DNA of 64,000 nt from Candidatus Xenobia bacterium (GTDB taxonomy: Bacteria; Vulcanimicrobiota; Xenobia; Xenobiales; QWHO01): positions 32,001-96,000 of the forward strand of contig BTUM01000006.1 of the NCBI GenBank assembly GCA_045863235.1, read 5' to 3'. Under the pieces are notes generated by a model. The model saw only the letters and a program-made list of their open reading frames with translations. It was not told the DNA's origin and ran no database searches. The translations under genes and the position numbers were made by a program. Shown here in pieces: positions 29,184-37,982 of this stretch; the first letter of the stretch is position 1, and every line of letters starts with the position of its first letter.

Positions 29184-30794
29184 GGTCGTCTGATAGACCC
29201 CGCCCAGGTACTCGATCAGGGCCCTCAGGTCGGCCGGCTGGCTACGGAAGCCAACGTAGAGGTCGGGTCGCACCCAGTAGAGAGTCTCGCTCGAGGCCCC
29301 GAAGGCCCGGTGGAGCAGTTGCTCGCGGTCGTGGTAGCCACTGGGGCCAAGGTGGATGACCCCGATGAGCTCGCCCCAGCGAGCCTTGACCTCGCGCTCG
29401 ATGGTGATCATCCATTCTTCCGACTGCTCGCTGAGATCGATGCCTGAGAACAGCAGCAGGTGCGATCCGTTCCCTTTGAGCAGGTCGAAAAGATGCACCT
29501 CGGCTCCGGATTTGGTGACCAGCTCGCCATCGGGAACCCGGTCGCCCGGCCGGATGCCGGGGGCCAGAGGGGAGAACACGGTCAGGTCCTTCCTGTGCTC
29601 CCGGCTGAGCGGGCTCTTGCGGTAGTTGATCTCGAGCTCGGAGAGCGTGCGGGCGATGCGGTGCTGAATCAACTCGCTGCCGGTCAAGAACTCGGCCAGC
29701 TTGTTGCGCAGGTACTGGGCCACCGGGTGGCGCAGAGTGGCGGCTCGGGTGGCTGCCTCGGCTCCCTTGAGGACCATCTGGCCCACGGCGTGGCGCTCGA
29801 GGCTGTAGCTGTCGAGCAGGCTGTCGGGAGCTTTGCCCTGTTGGACCAGAGCCAGCTTCCAGGCCAGGTTGAAGGCGTCTTGCAGGCCGGTATTCATCCC
29901 CTGCCCGCCGGCCGGGCTGTGAATGTGAGCCGCATCCCCGGCCAGGAAGACCCGGCCGTGCCGATATTCGGACACCTGTCGCTCATGAATGCGAAAGCCG
30001 GCGAGCCAGAAGGGATCGCTGAGCTTCAGGCCGGCCGGTCCGCGCTTGTCCACGATGGCCTGAACCTCATCCAGAGTGGGGTCGGATGGCTTCTGGTCGC
30101 CGCCGGCGGTCCCGCAGTCAGCGATGATGCGCATGCGCCCTTCGCGGCCGATCGGGAAGAGGGCCAGAACCCCGTCCGGGCTGAGAAAAACGTGAATCTC
30201 GTCCATGGCCAGGGCACCTTGCACCATCAGGTCGGCCAGGATCCAGCTGCTGGGCTCGGCCTGGCCGGTGAAAGGGACGTTCAGCGCGTGGCGCACGGTG
30301 CTGTGGGCACCGTCGCAGCCGATCAGCCAGTGGGATGAAACGGTCTCCTCGCTGCCATCCGCAGCGCGCAGCACCGCGCTGACGCCCTGGTCGCTCTGGG
30401 TAAAGCTGAGCAACTCGCTGCCGCGCTCGATGCGGACCTCGCGTCGCTGGAGGCATTCGGTGAGCAGTCGCTCGGTCTCGTTCTGAGGAATCATCAAGGC
30501 GGACCGGTACGGGCTGGGCAGCTCATCCAGGCTCAGGTGCGCGATCTTCTTCCCATCGGCGTAAATGTTGCTGGCGTGGGCCTTGAGGCCGATGGCCAGG
30601 GCATCGGTGAGCAACTGCTCGTCGCTGCGGGCGAAAACCTCCAGTGAGCGGCTCCAGAGTACCAGGGCGCGGGACTTGTCCGAGGGTTCCGGGGCCTGGT
30701 CCACGATGCGAACGGTCAGCCCGTAGCGGCGAAGCTCCTGGGCCATCATCAGGCCGACCGGCCCGGCCCCGCAGATCAAAACGTCAATCTTCAT
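29163..30794 (-). CDS. FAD-dependent monooxygenase (aromatic hydroxylase, PheA/TfdB/Rox-like)
   Basis: GAGPVG, GCDGAHSTVR, GDAAHIHSPAGGQGMNTG and C-terminal VRPD. Confidence 0.93.
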   Translation of the reverse strand: MKIDVLICGAGPVGLMMAQELRRYGLTVRIVDQAPEPSDKSRALVLWSRSLEVFARSDEQLLTDALAIGLKAHASNIYADGKKIAHLSLDELPSPYRSALMIPQNETERLLTECLQRREVRIERGSELLSFTQSDQGVSAVLRAADGSEETVSSHWLIGCDGAHSTVRHALNVPFTGQAEPSSWILADLMVQGALAMDEIHVFLSPDGVLALFPIGREGRMRIIADCGTAGGDQKPSDPTLDEVQAIVDKRGPAGLKLSDPFWLAGFRIHERQVSEYRHGRVFLAGDAAHIHSPAGGQGMNTGLQDAFNLAWKLALVQQGKAPDSLLDSYSLERHAVGQMVLKGAEAATRAATLRHPVAQYLRNKLAEFLTGSELIQHRIARTLSELEINYRKSPLSREHRKDLTVFSPLAPGIRPGDRVPDGELVTKSGAEVHLFDLLKGNGSHLLLFSGIDLSEQSEEWMITIEREVKARWGELIGVIHLGPSGYHDREQLLHRAFGASSETLYWVRPDLYVGFRSQPADLRALIEYLGGVYQTTSNLAGR

Positions 30795-30888
30795 GGGGCC
30801 AGGTTCGCGCCTCCTCGAGTGAGGCCTGCCCGCTTGCCGGGCTGGAATGGAAGGACGCGAAGGCGCATGACCGGAATACCCACCAGGT

Positions 30889-31485
30889 ATGGAGACCGAT
30901 CGTCAGTTGCTCCTTTCCGCCGCCTGCAGGCTCTTCCATGAGCGAGGAGTCAACGTGGTTTCCCTCCAGGAGGTTTTGGAGGCCTCCGAGGTCAGTCAGG
31001 AGCAGTTTGGCCGTTACTATGCCAGCAAAGAAGACCTCGTCGCCGACGTGGTCGAGCTCCAGATGAACCGGGTCTTGTCGACCCTGGAGCCCTACGTCAA
31101 TGACATGCAGACCTGGGAAGACCTGGAGGTCTGGGGGCAGGGCGTGCTGCGACTCAACGAGATCGCCGGTTTGCTCGCATGCCCCGTGGGCGTCATCGCC
31201 CTGGATACGACTCCTCAGTCGCGTCGAGCTCTGGAAGCGGTCCAGAGAGCCCTCAACCGTTGGGGAAAGATGCACGTGAAGGCCCTGACCCGCCTGAAGG
31301 AACGCGGGGTGTTCGTTGAGAGCTTCGAGCCCCAGAGGGCCGTTCAGTTCGCCGGGGCGGTGATCCAGGGCGCGCTCTTGCTTGGTCGCGCCTACCAGAG
31401 CGCAAACATGCTCGAGCGGAACTTCAGCGGAGTGATGACCTATCTGGAGACGTTTCGGGCCACGAGCGTCCCCTCCCCGACCTGA
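30889..31485 (+). CDS. TetR/AcrR family transcriptional regulator
   Basis: N-terminal HTH (AACRLFHERG…YYASKEDL) and a CPVG in the LmrA/YxaF-type C-domain. Divergent from the monooxygenase. Confidence 0.85.
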   Translation: METDRQLLLSAACRLFHERGVNVVSLQEVLEASEVSQEQFGRYYASKEDLVADVVELQMNRVLSTLEPYVNDMQTWEDLEVWGQGVLRLNEIAGLLACPVGVIALDTTPQSRRALEAVQRALNRWGKMHVKALTRLKERGVFVESFEPQRAVQFAGAVIQGALLLGRAYQSANMLERNFSGVMTYLETFRATSVPSPT

Positions 31486-31492
31486 GACGTAA

Positions 31493-31540
31493 AGAGGCCC
31501 GGTCCGCAATTTCCTTGCGGCCGGGCCTTCTTGTTTTGTT
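31493..31540 (+). terminator. Rho-independent terminator between convergent genes
   Basis: AGGCCCGG(T)CCGCAA…TTGCGGCCGGGCCT followed by TCTTGTTTTGTT. Confidence 0.75.
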
Positions 31541-31569
31541 CGGCTCCAGAAACCCCTGACTGTCCTGGC

Positions 31570-32088
31570 TCAAGCCCGCCTGGTCAAGCGGAAATAGCGC
31601 AGGGTATCGATCTCCACGAAGTGGACGCCCAGATCGTCCTCAAAGTGCATGGCCACGGTCGGCTCCTGACCCGAGTCCAGATGCACCTTGCTGACCTGGG
31701 CCAGCTGCGGGGCCCGGCCGCCGGTGCTGTCGTAAGCCAGAATGGGCTCGCCGGGGGCGGCCTGGTGGAGCAGCCGTCCCTCGGCCAGAGAAACGTAGAG
31801 CGAGCCGTCCGGACGTTCTTCCATGATGACACCGCTGGTCACGTTCTCGGTGCGCACGGTACCGTTCTCGTAGTGGCGCACCAGCCGGTTGCCCTCGCCC
31901 TCTTCCTCGAATGGATCCACGCGATCGTGGATCACCGGAGTGACCACCATGTCGGCCTGGCCGTTGCCGTTGAAGTAGCCCTGGTAGTCGTTGGCTGCCT
32001 GCATGGCCACCGCCTGCACGTTCTGAAGCAGACCCTTCAGTCCTTGAATCAGATCCATTACAGGGTTTGGTTGCTGCCCAGCTGCCAT
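31570..32088 (-). CDS. Hypothetical protein
   Basis: GGAGG SD upstream; strong codon bias. Confidence 0.75.
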   Translation of the reverse strand: MAAGQQPNPVMDLIQGLKGLLQNVQAVAMQAANDYQGYFNGNGQADMVVTPVIHDRVDPFEEEGEGNRLVRHYENGTVRTENVTSGVIMEERPDGSLYVSLAEGRLLHQAAPGEPILAYDSTGGRAPQLAQVSKVHLDSGQEPTVAMHFEDDLGVHFVEIDTLRYFRLTRRA

Positions 32089-32166
32089 CTTGCCCCCGAC
32101 CTCCTCTCAGCGAGATTTCTTGTTCTCAGTCTACCCCGGGGGGGTGAAGAGCCGGATAACATTGGC

Positions 32167-32197
32167 GTCAACATGTTGTCAAAGTGTTAACACTTTG
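32167..32197. promoter_or_regulatory. Adjacent palindromes, putative operator(s)
   Basis: GTCAACATGTTGTC (32167-32180) and the perfect 18-bp palindrome CAAAGTGTTAACACTTTG (32180-32197), in an AT-rich intergenic patch. Confidence 0.55.
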
Positions 32198-32240
32198 GAC
32201 CGGCTTGTTAACGGATTGGGCCCGTTTCTTAGGGGGCTTT

Positions 32241-32279
32241 AACAGAAACAGAAGAAGGCCGCCGGGCGGGCGACCTTTT
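32241..32279 (-). terminator. Rho-independent terminator
   Basis: Minus strand AAGGTCGCC-loop-GGCGGCCTT followed by CTTCTGTTTCTGTT, just after the stop at 32303. Confidence 0.6.
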
Positions 32280-32302
32280 CGGGATGAGAGCCGGGTTGGA
32301 GG

Positions 32303-32821
32303 CTATTTGGAGGTCCGTTTTCCGGGCTTGCCTTTGGCAGGCTTGCCGTTGCTGCCCGGCCCCCTGGCCTGGGAAGCGCTCTTGCCTTTGGGAGTCGGTT
32401 TGGTCGCGGCCTTGGCCTTGGGAACCGGCTTCTGGGCAGCCCTGGCCCCCTTGGTGACGGTTCGGCCAGGGCCCTGTTTCGCGGCGGGCTTGCCTTTGGA
32501 AGGCTTCTTCCCGGCTTTCTTGCCGCTGTCCACCTTGGCGGCCGCCCACTGGATCACCGCCAGGCAGTAAAGCTCCTTGCCCACCAGAAAGGCCTGAGCG
32601 AATGCCAGTTGCACAAAGCTCGCCTTGCCGCCGGTCAGCTTGCCGGCCCGCGACAGGCTGTCCTGGAAGGCCAGGGCACAGGCCTGGTTGACCTGCTCGA
32701 GGGTAGGTGGGCTGGCCTTGGGGACGATCCCCAGGCCTGGCATCAAGAACCCCACACCGGTGGGGAACGGCTTGCCGGCAGTCTGGCCGGCGAAGTAGCT
32801 GTCGACGATCGTGCTTGCCAT
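32303..32821 (-). CDS. Hypothetical protein with a Lys/Ala/Pro/Gly-rich basic tail (histone H1-like)
   Basis: About 95 aa globular N-terminus followed by about 75 aa of KKAGKKPSKGKPAAK…. Confidence 0.7.
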   Translation of the reverse strand: MASTIVDSYFAGQTAGKPFPTGVGFLMPGLGIVPKASPPTLEQVNQACALAFQDSLSRAGKLTGGKASFVQLAFAQAFLVGKELYCLAVIQWAAAKVDSGKKAGKKPSKGKPAAKQGPGRTVTKGARAAQKPVPKAKAATKPTPKGKSASQARGPGSNGKPAKGKPGKRTSK

Positions 32822-32980
32822 AGACGGCTCGCCTTCGTCCTCGGCTCGAAGGATTCCTAGGAGCGCGGCCGCAGGCCCGGTTGTTCCGGCGGAGGAGACC
32901 TCCGCCTCCACAAGATATTGTGCAAGCGGCCGCGATCCTAGGACAACATGTTGACCGGTCCGGCCTTTCCGGCCGGACCT

Positions 32981-35302
32981 CTAAGAGGCCATCTGGGCCC
33001 GCAGGCGCGCCTCTTCCAGGGCGATCGAGGGCTCGATGCCCAGATCTTTCTTGAGGGCCTTGCGGGCCAGTTCGTACTGTCTCAGAGCCTGCTCGGGACG
33101 GCCCAGGGCCACATAGCCCTGCATGGCCAGGAGATGGGCGTCCTGATTGCAGCCGTCCAGCTCGAGCATCAGCCTCGAGCACTCCAGGGCCTGCTCGTGT
33201 CGCTCCAGGCTCTGAGCTGCCAGAGCCAGATTGCGCAGGCTCGAGGTCAGCCGCTCCTCGAGCTGGCCTCGCCAGTTGACGGCCCAATCCAGGTAGCAGC
33301 CCTCCAGATAAGGGCCCTGATACAGCTGCAGGATCAGCGAGAGCTTCTCCACCGCCGGACCGACCTGACCCGCGGCGTAAAGCCGATCGGCCTCGGCGAT
33401 GGCCTTGTCGAGCTCCTCGGCGTCATGCCAGCGAGGGAGCTCGGGTTGGAAGTAGATCGCATCGCTGGTTCGGGCCAGATACTCGGGCTGGCCTTCCAGA
33501 CAGCGTCGGATCACGGAGAGCGCCTGGTTCAGGCTCTTGCGGCCCTTGTCCGGGTCGCCCGGCCAGAACTCCTCCAGGATGGCCTCAATGGGAAAACGCC
33601 GCCCCGGTTGAGCCGCCAGGCAGGCCAGCAGATAGCGGATCTTCTGGCTGCGCCAGAGGGCCTCGTCGACCTCGTCGCGCCCTTTGAACACACGGAACCC
33701 GCCCAGGCTGTAAAGGCGAAGTAAAGGCACCTCGCTCTGGCTCGGGCCGCCCTGGGAGGCGGCTGCCAGGGCGGCCTGGCGCACTTGCGGGTCGGGGTCC
33801 CGGGTCAGCGGAGCCAGCAATTCGCTGCCTCCCAGGCAGCGGACCGCCGAGAGGCGGGCAGCCGGACTGAGTTGCCCGCCCGTCAGCACATGCTTGACCT
33901 CGTGGGGGAACTCGCGCAAGACGCGGGCCACCAATCGGTCTCGCAAGGGCTCGGGACGAGCCGAATGCCAGCCCAGCAAGGTGCCGATGACCCAGGAGCC
34001 ACAACGGTGCAGCTCATCCAGGTGCTCGGCCCGCAGCAAGACCTCCAGGGCGGGCTGCACCAGCTCCTCCTGGCCGGTCAGGGCGGCCAGCGCCAGACGG
34101 CTGCGGGCCTGGGGAGCGTAGAACTGCAGCTCGCCCAGCACCCCGGAGGCTCGCTCGAGCTGGGCACGCGCTTGCTCGCTCTGCCCGGCTTCCCAGAGCA
34201 GCAGCCCTACCTCGAGAGCCGTGCGAGCCGTCAGGCCCGAGCCCAGCAGGTCGGCCGCGGCCTGGGCTTTGAGAGCCCATTCGACCGCCTCAGGTCGGCC
34301 CCGATGGAGGCGAGCCAGGCTCAAGCGAGCCTGCACGCCTTCCCAGGAGGGCTTCTCCTGAAGTTGGGGGTGGCTCAGGGTCTGGGCTGCCTCGCGTAAC
34401 TTGCCGGCCGCCGTCAGAGCCTGGGCCAGGGTGAGCAGGCCCTGGCGACGCTTGTGGGAGTCGCCCTCTTCGGGAAGCTCCTGGAAGACCGCATCCAGAG
34501 CCGCCAGCACGCTCTCTTCGAAGAGATCAGGGAACCGGAGCGCGAGCACGCCCGAGGGCTTGAGCCCGGTATCGCCAGGCTCGGCGCAGGAGGCCACCGC
34601 CACCGCCGCCAGCTGAGACTCCAGCCGGCCGGCCCGTTCCGGAGGCTCGCCGGCCAGCCATTCGCGGCTCTGCTCGAGCAGGCGCAGAACCGCCTCGGGA
34701 ACTCCCTCCAGGGGAGGACGGCTGACCCGTTCCAGCGAGCCCAGCAGGGCAGCGACCTGAATTTCCGACTGCTCCCGCCCGGAGAGGCCCATCTGGCGGG
34801 CCAATCGGGCGGCCAGACGGCCGGCTTCGAGCAGCCCTCCCCCCTCAGGGGGGCGCAGGGCCCGACAGAGCGACTCCACTCCCCAGAGCAGGGTCTTGAG
34901 CACGGCCAGCTGGGCCTGCTCGGCCTGCCCCTGCTGGTGGCGGCGGGAGAGTGCCTTCTGGATGGCCTCCAACAGCTCTTCCACCCGGAAGGGCTTACGC
35001 AGATAGTCGTTGACTCCCAGGCGAACGGCCCGGATGCAGTCGGCTTCGGTCGAGTAACCGGTAATCACCACGCTGCCGATTTCGGGGCGCTGCTCTTTCA
35101 CCGCGGCCAGGGCATCCAGTCCATCGGTGCCCTCCATGCGAATGTCGGTGACGATCAGGTCGTAGGTGCCATCGGCTGCCTGGCGGATGGCCTCTTCCCC
35201 ACTCGGGACTGCTTTGACCCGATAGCCTTCATCCTCCAGCACCGATTCGAGCATGGTGCGGAGTTTGTCGTCATCTTCCAGCAGCAGAATACTTGCGTTC
35301 AT
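32981..35302 (-). CDS. Multidomain response regulator: REC, degenerate HD-like region, TPR/HEAT, wHTH-BTAD (SARP-type)
   Basis: ILLLEDD/DLIVTDIRM/KPF receiver; LYSLGGF, LYQGPYLEG and LGIEPS BTAD motifs. Confidence 0.88.
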   Translation of the reverse strand: MNASILLLEDDDKLRTMLESVLEDEGYRVKAVPSGEEAIRQAADGTYDLIVTDIRMEGTDGLDALAAVKEQRPEIGSVVITGYSTEADCIRAVRLGVNDYLRKPFRVEELLEAIQKALSRRHQQGQAEQAQLAVLKTLLWGVESLCRALRPPEGGGLLEAGRLAARLARQMGLSGREQSEIQVAALLGSLERVSRPPLEGVPEAVLRLLEQSREWLAGEPPERAGRLESQLAAVAVASCAEPGDTGLKPSGVLALRFPDLFEESVLAALDAVFQELPEEGDSHKRRQGLLTLAQALTAAGKLREAAQTLSHPQLQEKPSWEGVQARLSLARLHRGRPEAVEWALKAQAAADLLGSGLTARTALEVGLLLWEAGQSEQARAQLERASGVLGELQFYAPQARSRLALAALTGQEELVQPALEVLLRAEHLDELHRCGSWVIGTLLGWHSARPEPLRDRLVARVLREFPHEVKHVLTGGQLSPAARLSAVRCLGGSELLAPLTRDPDPQVRQAALAAASQGGPSQSEVPLLRLYSLGGFRVFKGRDEVDEALWRSQKIRYLLACLAAQPGRRFPIEAILEEFWPGDPDKGRKSLNQALSVIRRCLEGQPEYLARTSDAIYFQPELPRWHDAEELDKAIAEADRLYAAGQVGPAVEKLSLILQLYQGPYLEGCYLDWAVNWRGQLEERLTSSLRNLALAAQSLERHEQALECSRLMLELDGCNQDAHLLAMQGYVALGRPEQALRQYELARKALKKDLGIEPSIALEEARLRAQMAS

Positions 35303-36840
35303 CGGGCTTTCAGCTTTTGCAGCATTTGGCGGGCTTGCTCGGCTTCCCTCCCCTGGCCGCATTTCTCCAGGGCTTCGGCCAGTCGGGCATAGAGCTCGGT
35401 CTGGTCGGGTTGGAGCTCCAGGGCCCGTCGCAGATCTTGCACGGCTCCCGCCGGGTCGCCTGCATCCAGTCGCAGGGTGGCCCGCTCGCGCAGAGCTGTG
35501 GCTTCCACCGCGGCTTGCCCGCTGACCAGCTCGAGCACTCGATCCAGGTCGGCCCGGGCACGCTGATACTCCTTCTGCTGCCCCAGAATCTTGCCTCGCA
35601 GCAGCAGAGCTCTCGGGTCCATGGGGTTTTTCTCCACGCTCACCTCGACGTCAGCCAGAGCGCCGTCGGGTCGGTCCTGAGCCAGCCGCACCATGGCTCG
35701 CGCGAGATGGGCCTCGGCCCAGCCGGGTTTGAGCTCGACGGCCCGCGTCAGCTCGGCCTCGGCCTCCTTCCAGGAGCGCGAGGCCATCAGAGCTTGAGCC
35801 TTCTGGAGAGCTGCCTCGGCGGGGACGGCCGGGGGTGGGGAGGCCTCCGGCGGCGGGGCACCTGGCATTTCGAAACTCTTCAAAGCCTGTTGGAGAGCAG
35901 ACTCTCCTTCCGCAGCGTCTTCCGGAGCTGCCGTCATGCTGACCCGATAGACCCGCGTGCCGGCCAGAGCAAAGGCGATGCGGCTGGTGACCCCACCCAG
36001 GGTGCCTCCCAGGATCAGCCAGGTACGCCCCCCGGCCTGCACAGGCTCGGGCTGCACGTCGCGCAACTCCTGGCCGCTGGTGGCGAACCGTTTGGCCATC
36101 CGGGCCATCTGCGCCCCTACGTCCACCTGCTGGCCGTTGTCCACCGACTCCACCTCCAGCGTGAAGCCTGGCCCGACCAGGCGAGAGCCCTGCCGTCGCA
36201 AGAGAGAGCTGTGCTGGAAACGAAAATGGGCGGTTTCGAAGGTGCGGATGGGGTAGCTCTGGGAGGAGGGATGGCGGACCGCCTGACCCAGCGTCACAGC
36301 CTGGCAGACCAGCAGGAGACCGGTCAGGATCTTTGCCGGCCGCAGGCCGAGGGGAAGTAGTCCCGCCAGCCCTCCTGCGAGACTGGCCGGCGCAAGGCTG
36401 CCCCTCAAGGCCAGGAGCAGCGCCAGGATGAGCCAGGGGAGGGCTTCCGGGGCCAGCCTTCTGCGTCGCCACAGCTCGGCCGTCACCAGGGCCAGCAGCG
36501 CTCCCACGCCGGTTGGAACCAGGCGGACCGGGGTCCAGGCCAGAGCCAGACCGGTGGCCAGCAGCGAGCCAAGACAAAAGACCGCCAGCAACCGCCAGGG
36601 CCCGACCGCTCTCTCCAGGCTGAGGCCCAGGGTGGCCAGGGTATAGAAGGCGAGGGCCAGGCTGACCCAACCTCCCGTCAGGATCGAGCCGGCCGAGAGC
36701 AAACGCCAGGCCTCGCCTGCTTCCACCAACGGCCGACTGGCCGCCCCTGCGCGCAACAGCTCGAAGCTGGACTGCTGGCCAGCCAGCAGGCTCATGATCG
36801 CCAGCAGAGAGGCCAGCGACAGGCAAGCCCAGGGTTTCAA
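35299..36840 (-). CDS. Rhomboid-like membrane protein (catalytic residues absent) fused to a soluble domain and TPR repeats
   Basis: GEAWRLLS and LERAVGPWR rhomboid motifs, but no GxSG or catalytic His; C-terminal TPRs. TTG start overlaps the upstream TGA. Confidence 0.75.
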   Translation of the reverse strand: MKPWACLSLASLLAIMSLLAGQQSSFELLRAGAASRPLVEAGEAWRLLSAGSILTGGWVSLALAFYTLATLGLSLERAVGPWRLLAVFCLGSLLATGLALAWTPVRLVPTGVGALLALVTAELWRRRRLAPEALPWLILALLLALRGSLAPASLAGGLAGLLPLGLRPAKILTGLLLVCQAVTLGQAVRHPSSQSYPIRTFETAHFRFQHSSLLRRQGSRLVGPGFTLEVESVDNGQQVDVGAQMARMAKRFATSGQELRDVQPEPVQAGGRTWLILGGTLGGVTSRIAFALAGTRVYRVSMTAAPEDAAEGESALQQALKSFEMPGAPPPEASPPPAVPAEAALQKAQALMASRSWKEAEAELTRAVELKPGWAEAHLARAMVRLAQDRPDGALADVEVSVEKNPMDPRALLLRGKILGQQKEYQRARADLDRVLELVSGQAAVEATALRERATLRLDAGDPAGAVQDLRRALELQPDQTELYARLAEALEKCGQGREAEQARQMLQKLKAR

Positions 36841-37982
36841 CGCACCGCGGGTCGGTCGACCAGGGCTCGATAGGCGGCTACCAGTGCCGACGCGGCTCGA
36901 TCGACCTGCTCTTCGGTGGTGGAGCGCCCCAGCGTGAGCCGTACCGCTCCCTTGCCCACCTCGGGATCCACCCCCATGGCCTGGAGCACGTGCGAAAGGC
37001 GCACCACACCGTCGTGACAGGCGGGGCCAGTGGAGGCCGCCAGCTCGGGGCAGCGGGCCGTCAGCTCGGCTCCGGTGGTGTGCAGGAAGCTCAAGCTGAG
37101 GGTGTTCGGAAGGCGCTGGGTGGGGTGGCCGTTGAGCTGGACGTTCCCGCCCAGGGCGCTCTTCAGGGCGTTCTCGAGCCGGTCGCGCAGGCGCGCCAGT
37201 TGCTGGCCATCCTCGGGGCGGCACAGAGCGGCCGCCTCCCCCAGGGCCACCGCCAGCGCCACCGGCTCGGTTCCCGAGCGGCGCCCCCCTTCGTGGCCGG
37301 CCCCGAAGAGCAAAGGCTCCAGGGTTCGCCCCTGCCGGATGTAGAGCGCCCCCACTCCTTTAGGGGCGTACATCTTGTGGCCGGCCAGCGAGAGAAAGTC
37401 GACCCCGGTCAGGTCCAGGCTGACCTTGCCGGCGCTCTGGGCTGCGTCGGTGTGCAGCAGCGCTTTGCCCGCCACGGCTTCGGCAATGGCCCCGATGGGC
37501 TGCAGGGTGCCCACTTCGTTGTTGGAGTGCATGATGCTGACCAGCACCGTGTTGGGCCGCAAAGCCCGCCGGACCGATTCTGGATCGACCCGGCCGGTGG
37601 AGTCGACCCCCACGCGGGTGACCTCGGCCCGACCGGTGCGCTCGAGGAAGTCGGCCGTCTTGCCCACGCTGGGATGCTCGATCTGGCTGATCACCAGGTG
37701 CGGCTTCTCGGGTCCGAGGTGGGCGGCGGTCACACCCTGCAGTACCCAGTTGTTGGACTCGGTAGCCCCGCTGGTCAGCACCAGCTCGCCCGGCTGGCAG
37801 CCCAGGAAGTCGGCCAGCTGGGCCCGGGCCCGATCCAGCCCGGCTCGGGCCCGCTGGCCGTAGACGCTCTTGGTGGAAGGATTGCCGAAGTGCTCGGCCA
37901 GATAAGGCAGGGCTGCTTGCAGCACTCGCTCATCCACCGGAGTGGTGCCATTATGATCGAGATAGATCGGGTCGTCTTGCAT
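36837..37982 (-). CDS. Cysteine desulfurase (IscS/NifS family)
   Basis: YLDHNGTT, TSGATESNN, HTDAAQ, PLP Lys in AGHKMY and catalytic Cys in STGPAC. Confidence 0.93.
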   Translation of the reverse strand: MQDDPIYLDHNGTTPVDERVLQAALPYLAEHFGNPSTKSVYGQRARAGLDRARAQLADFLGCQPGELVLTSGATESNNWVLQGVTAAHLGPEKPHLVISQIEHPSVGKTADFLERTGRAEVTRVGVDSTGRVDPESVRRALRPNTVLVSIMHSNNEVGTLQPIGAIAEAVAGKALLHTDAAQSAGKVSLDLTGVDFLSLAGHKMYAPKGVGALYIRQGRTLEPLLFGAGHEGGRRSGTEPVALAVALGEAAALCRPEDGQQLARLRDRLENALKSALGGNVQLNGHPTQRLPNTLSLSFLHTTGAELTARCPELAASTGPACHDGVVRLSHVLQAMGVDPEVGKGAVRLTLGRSTTEEQVDRAASALVAAYRALVDRPAVR

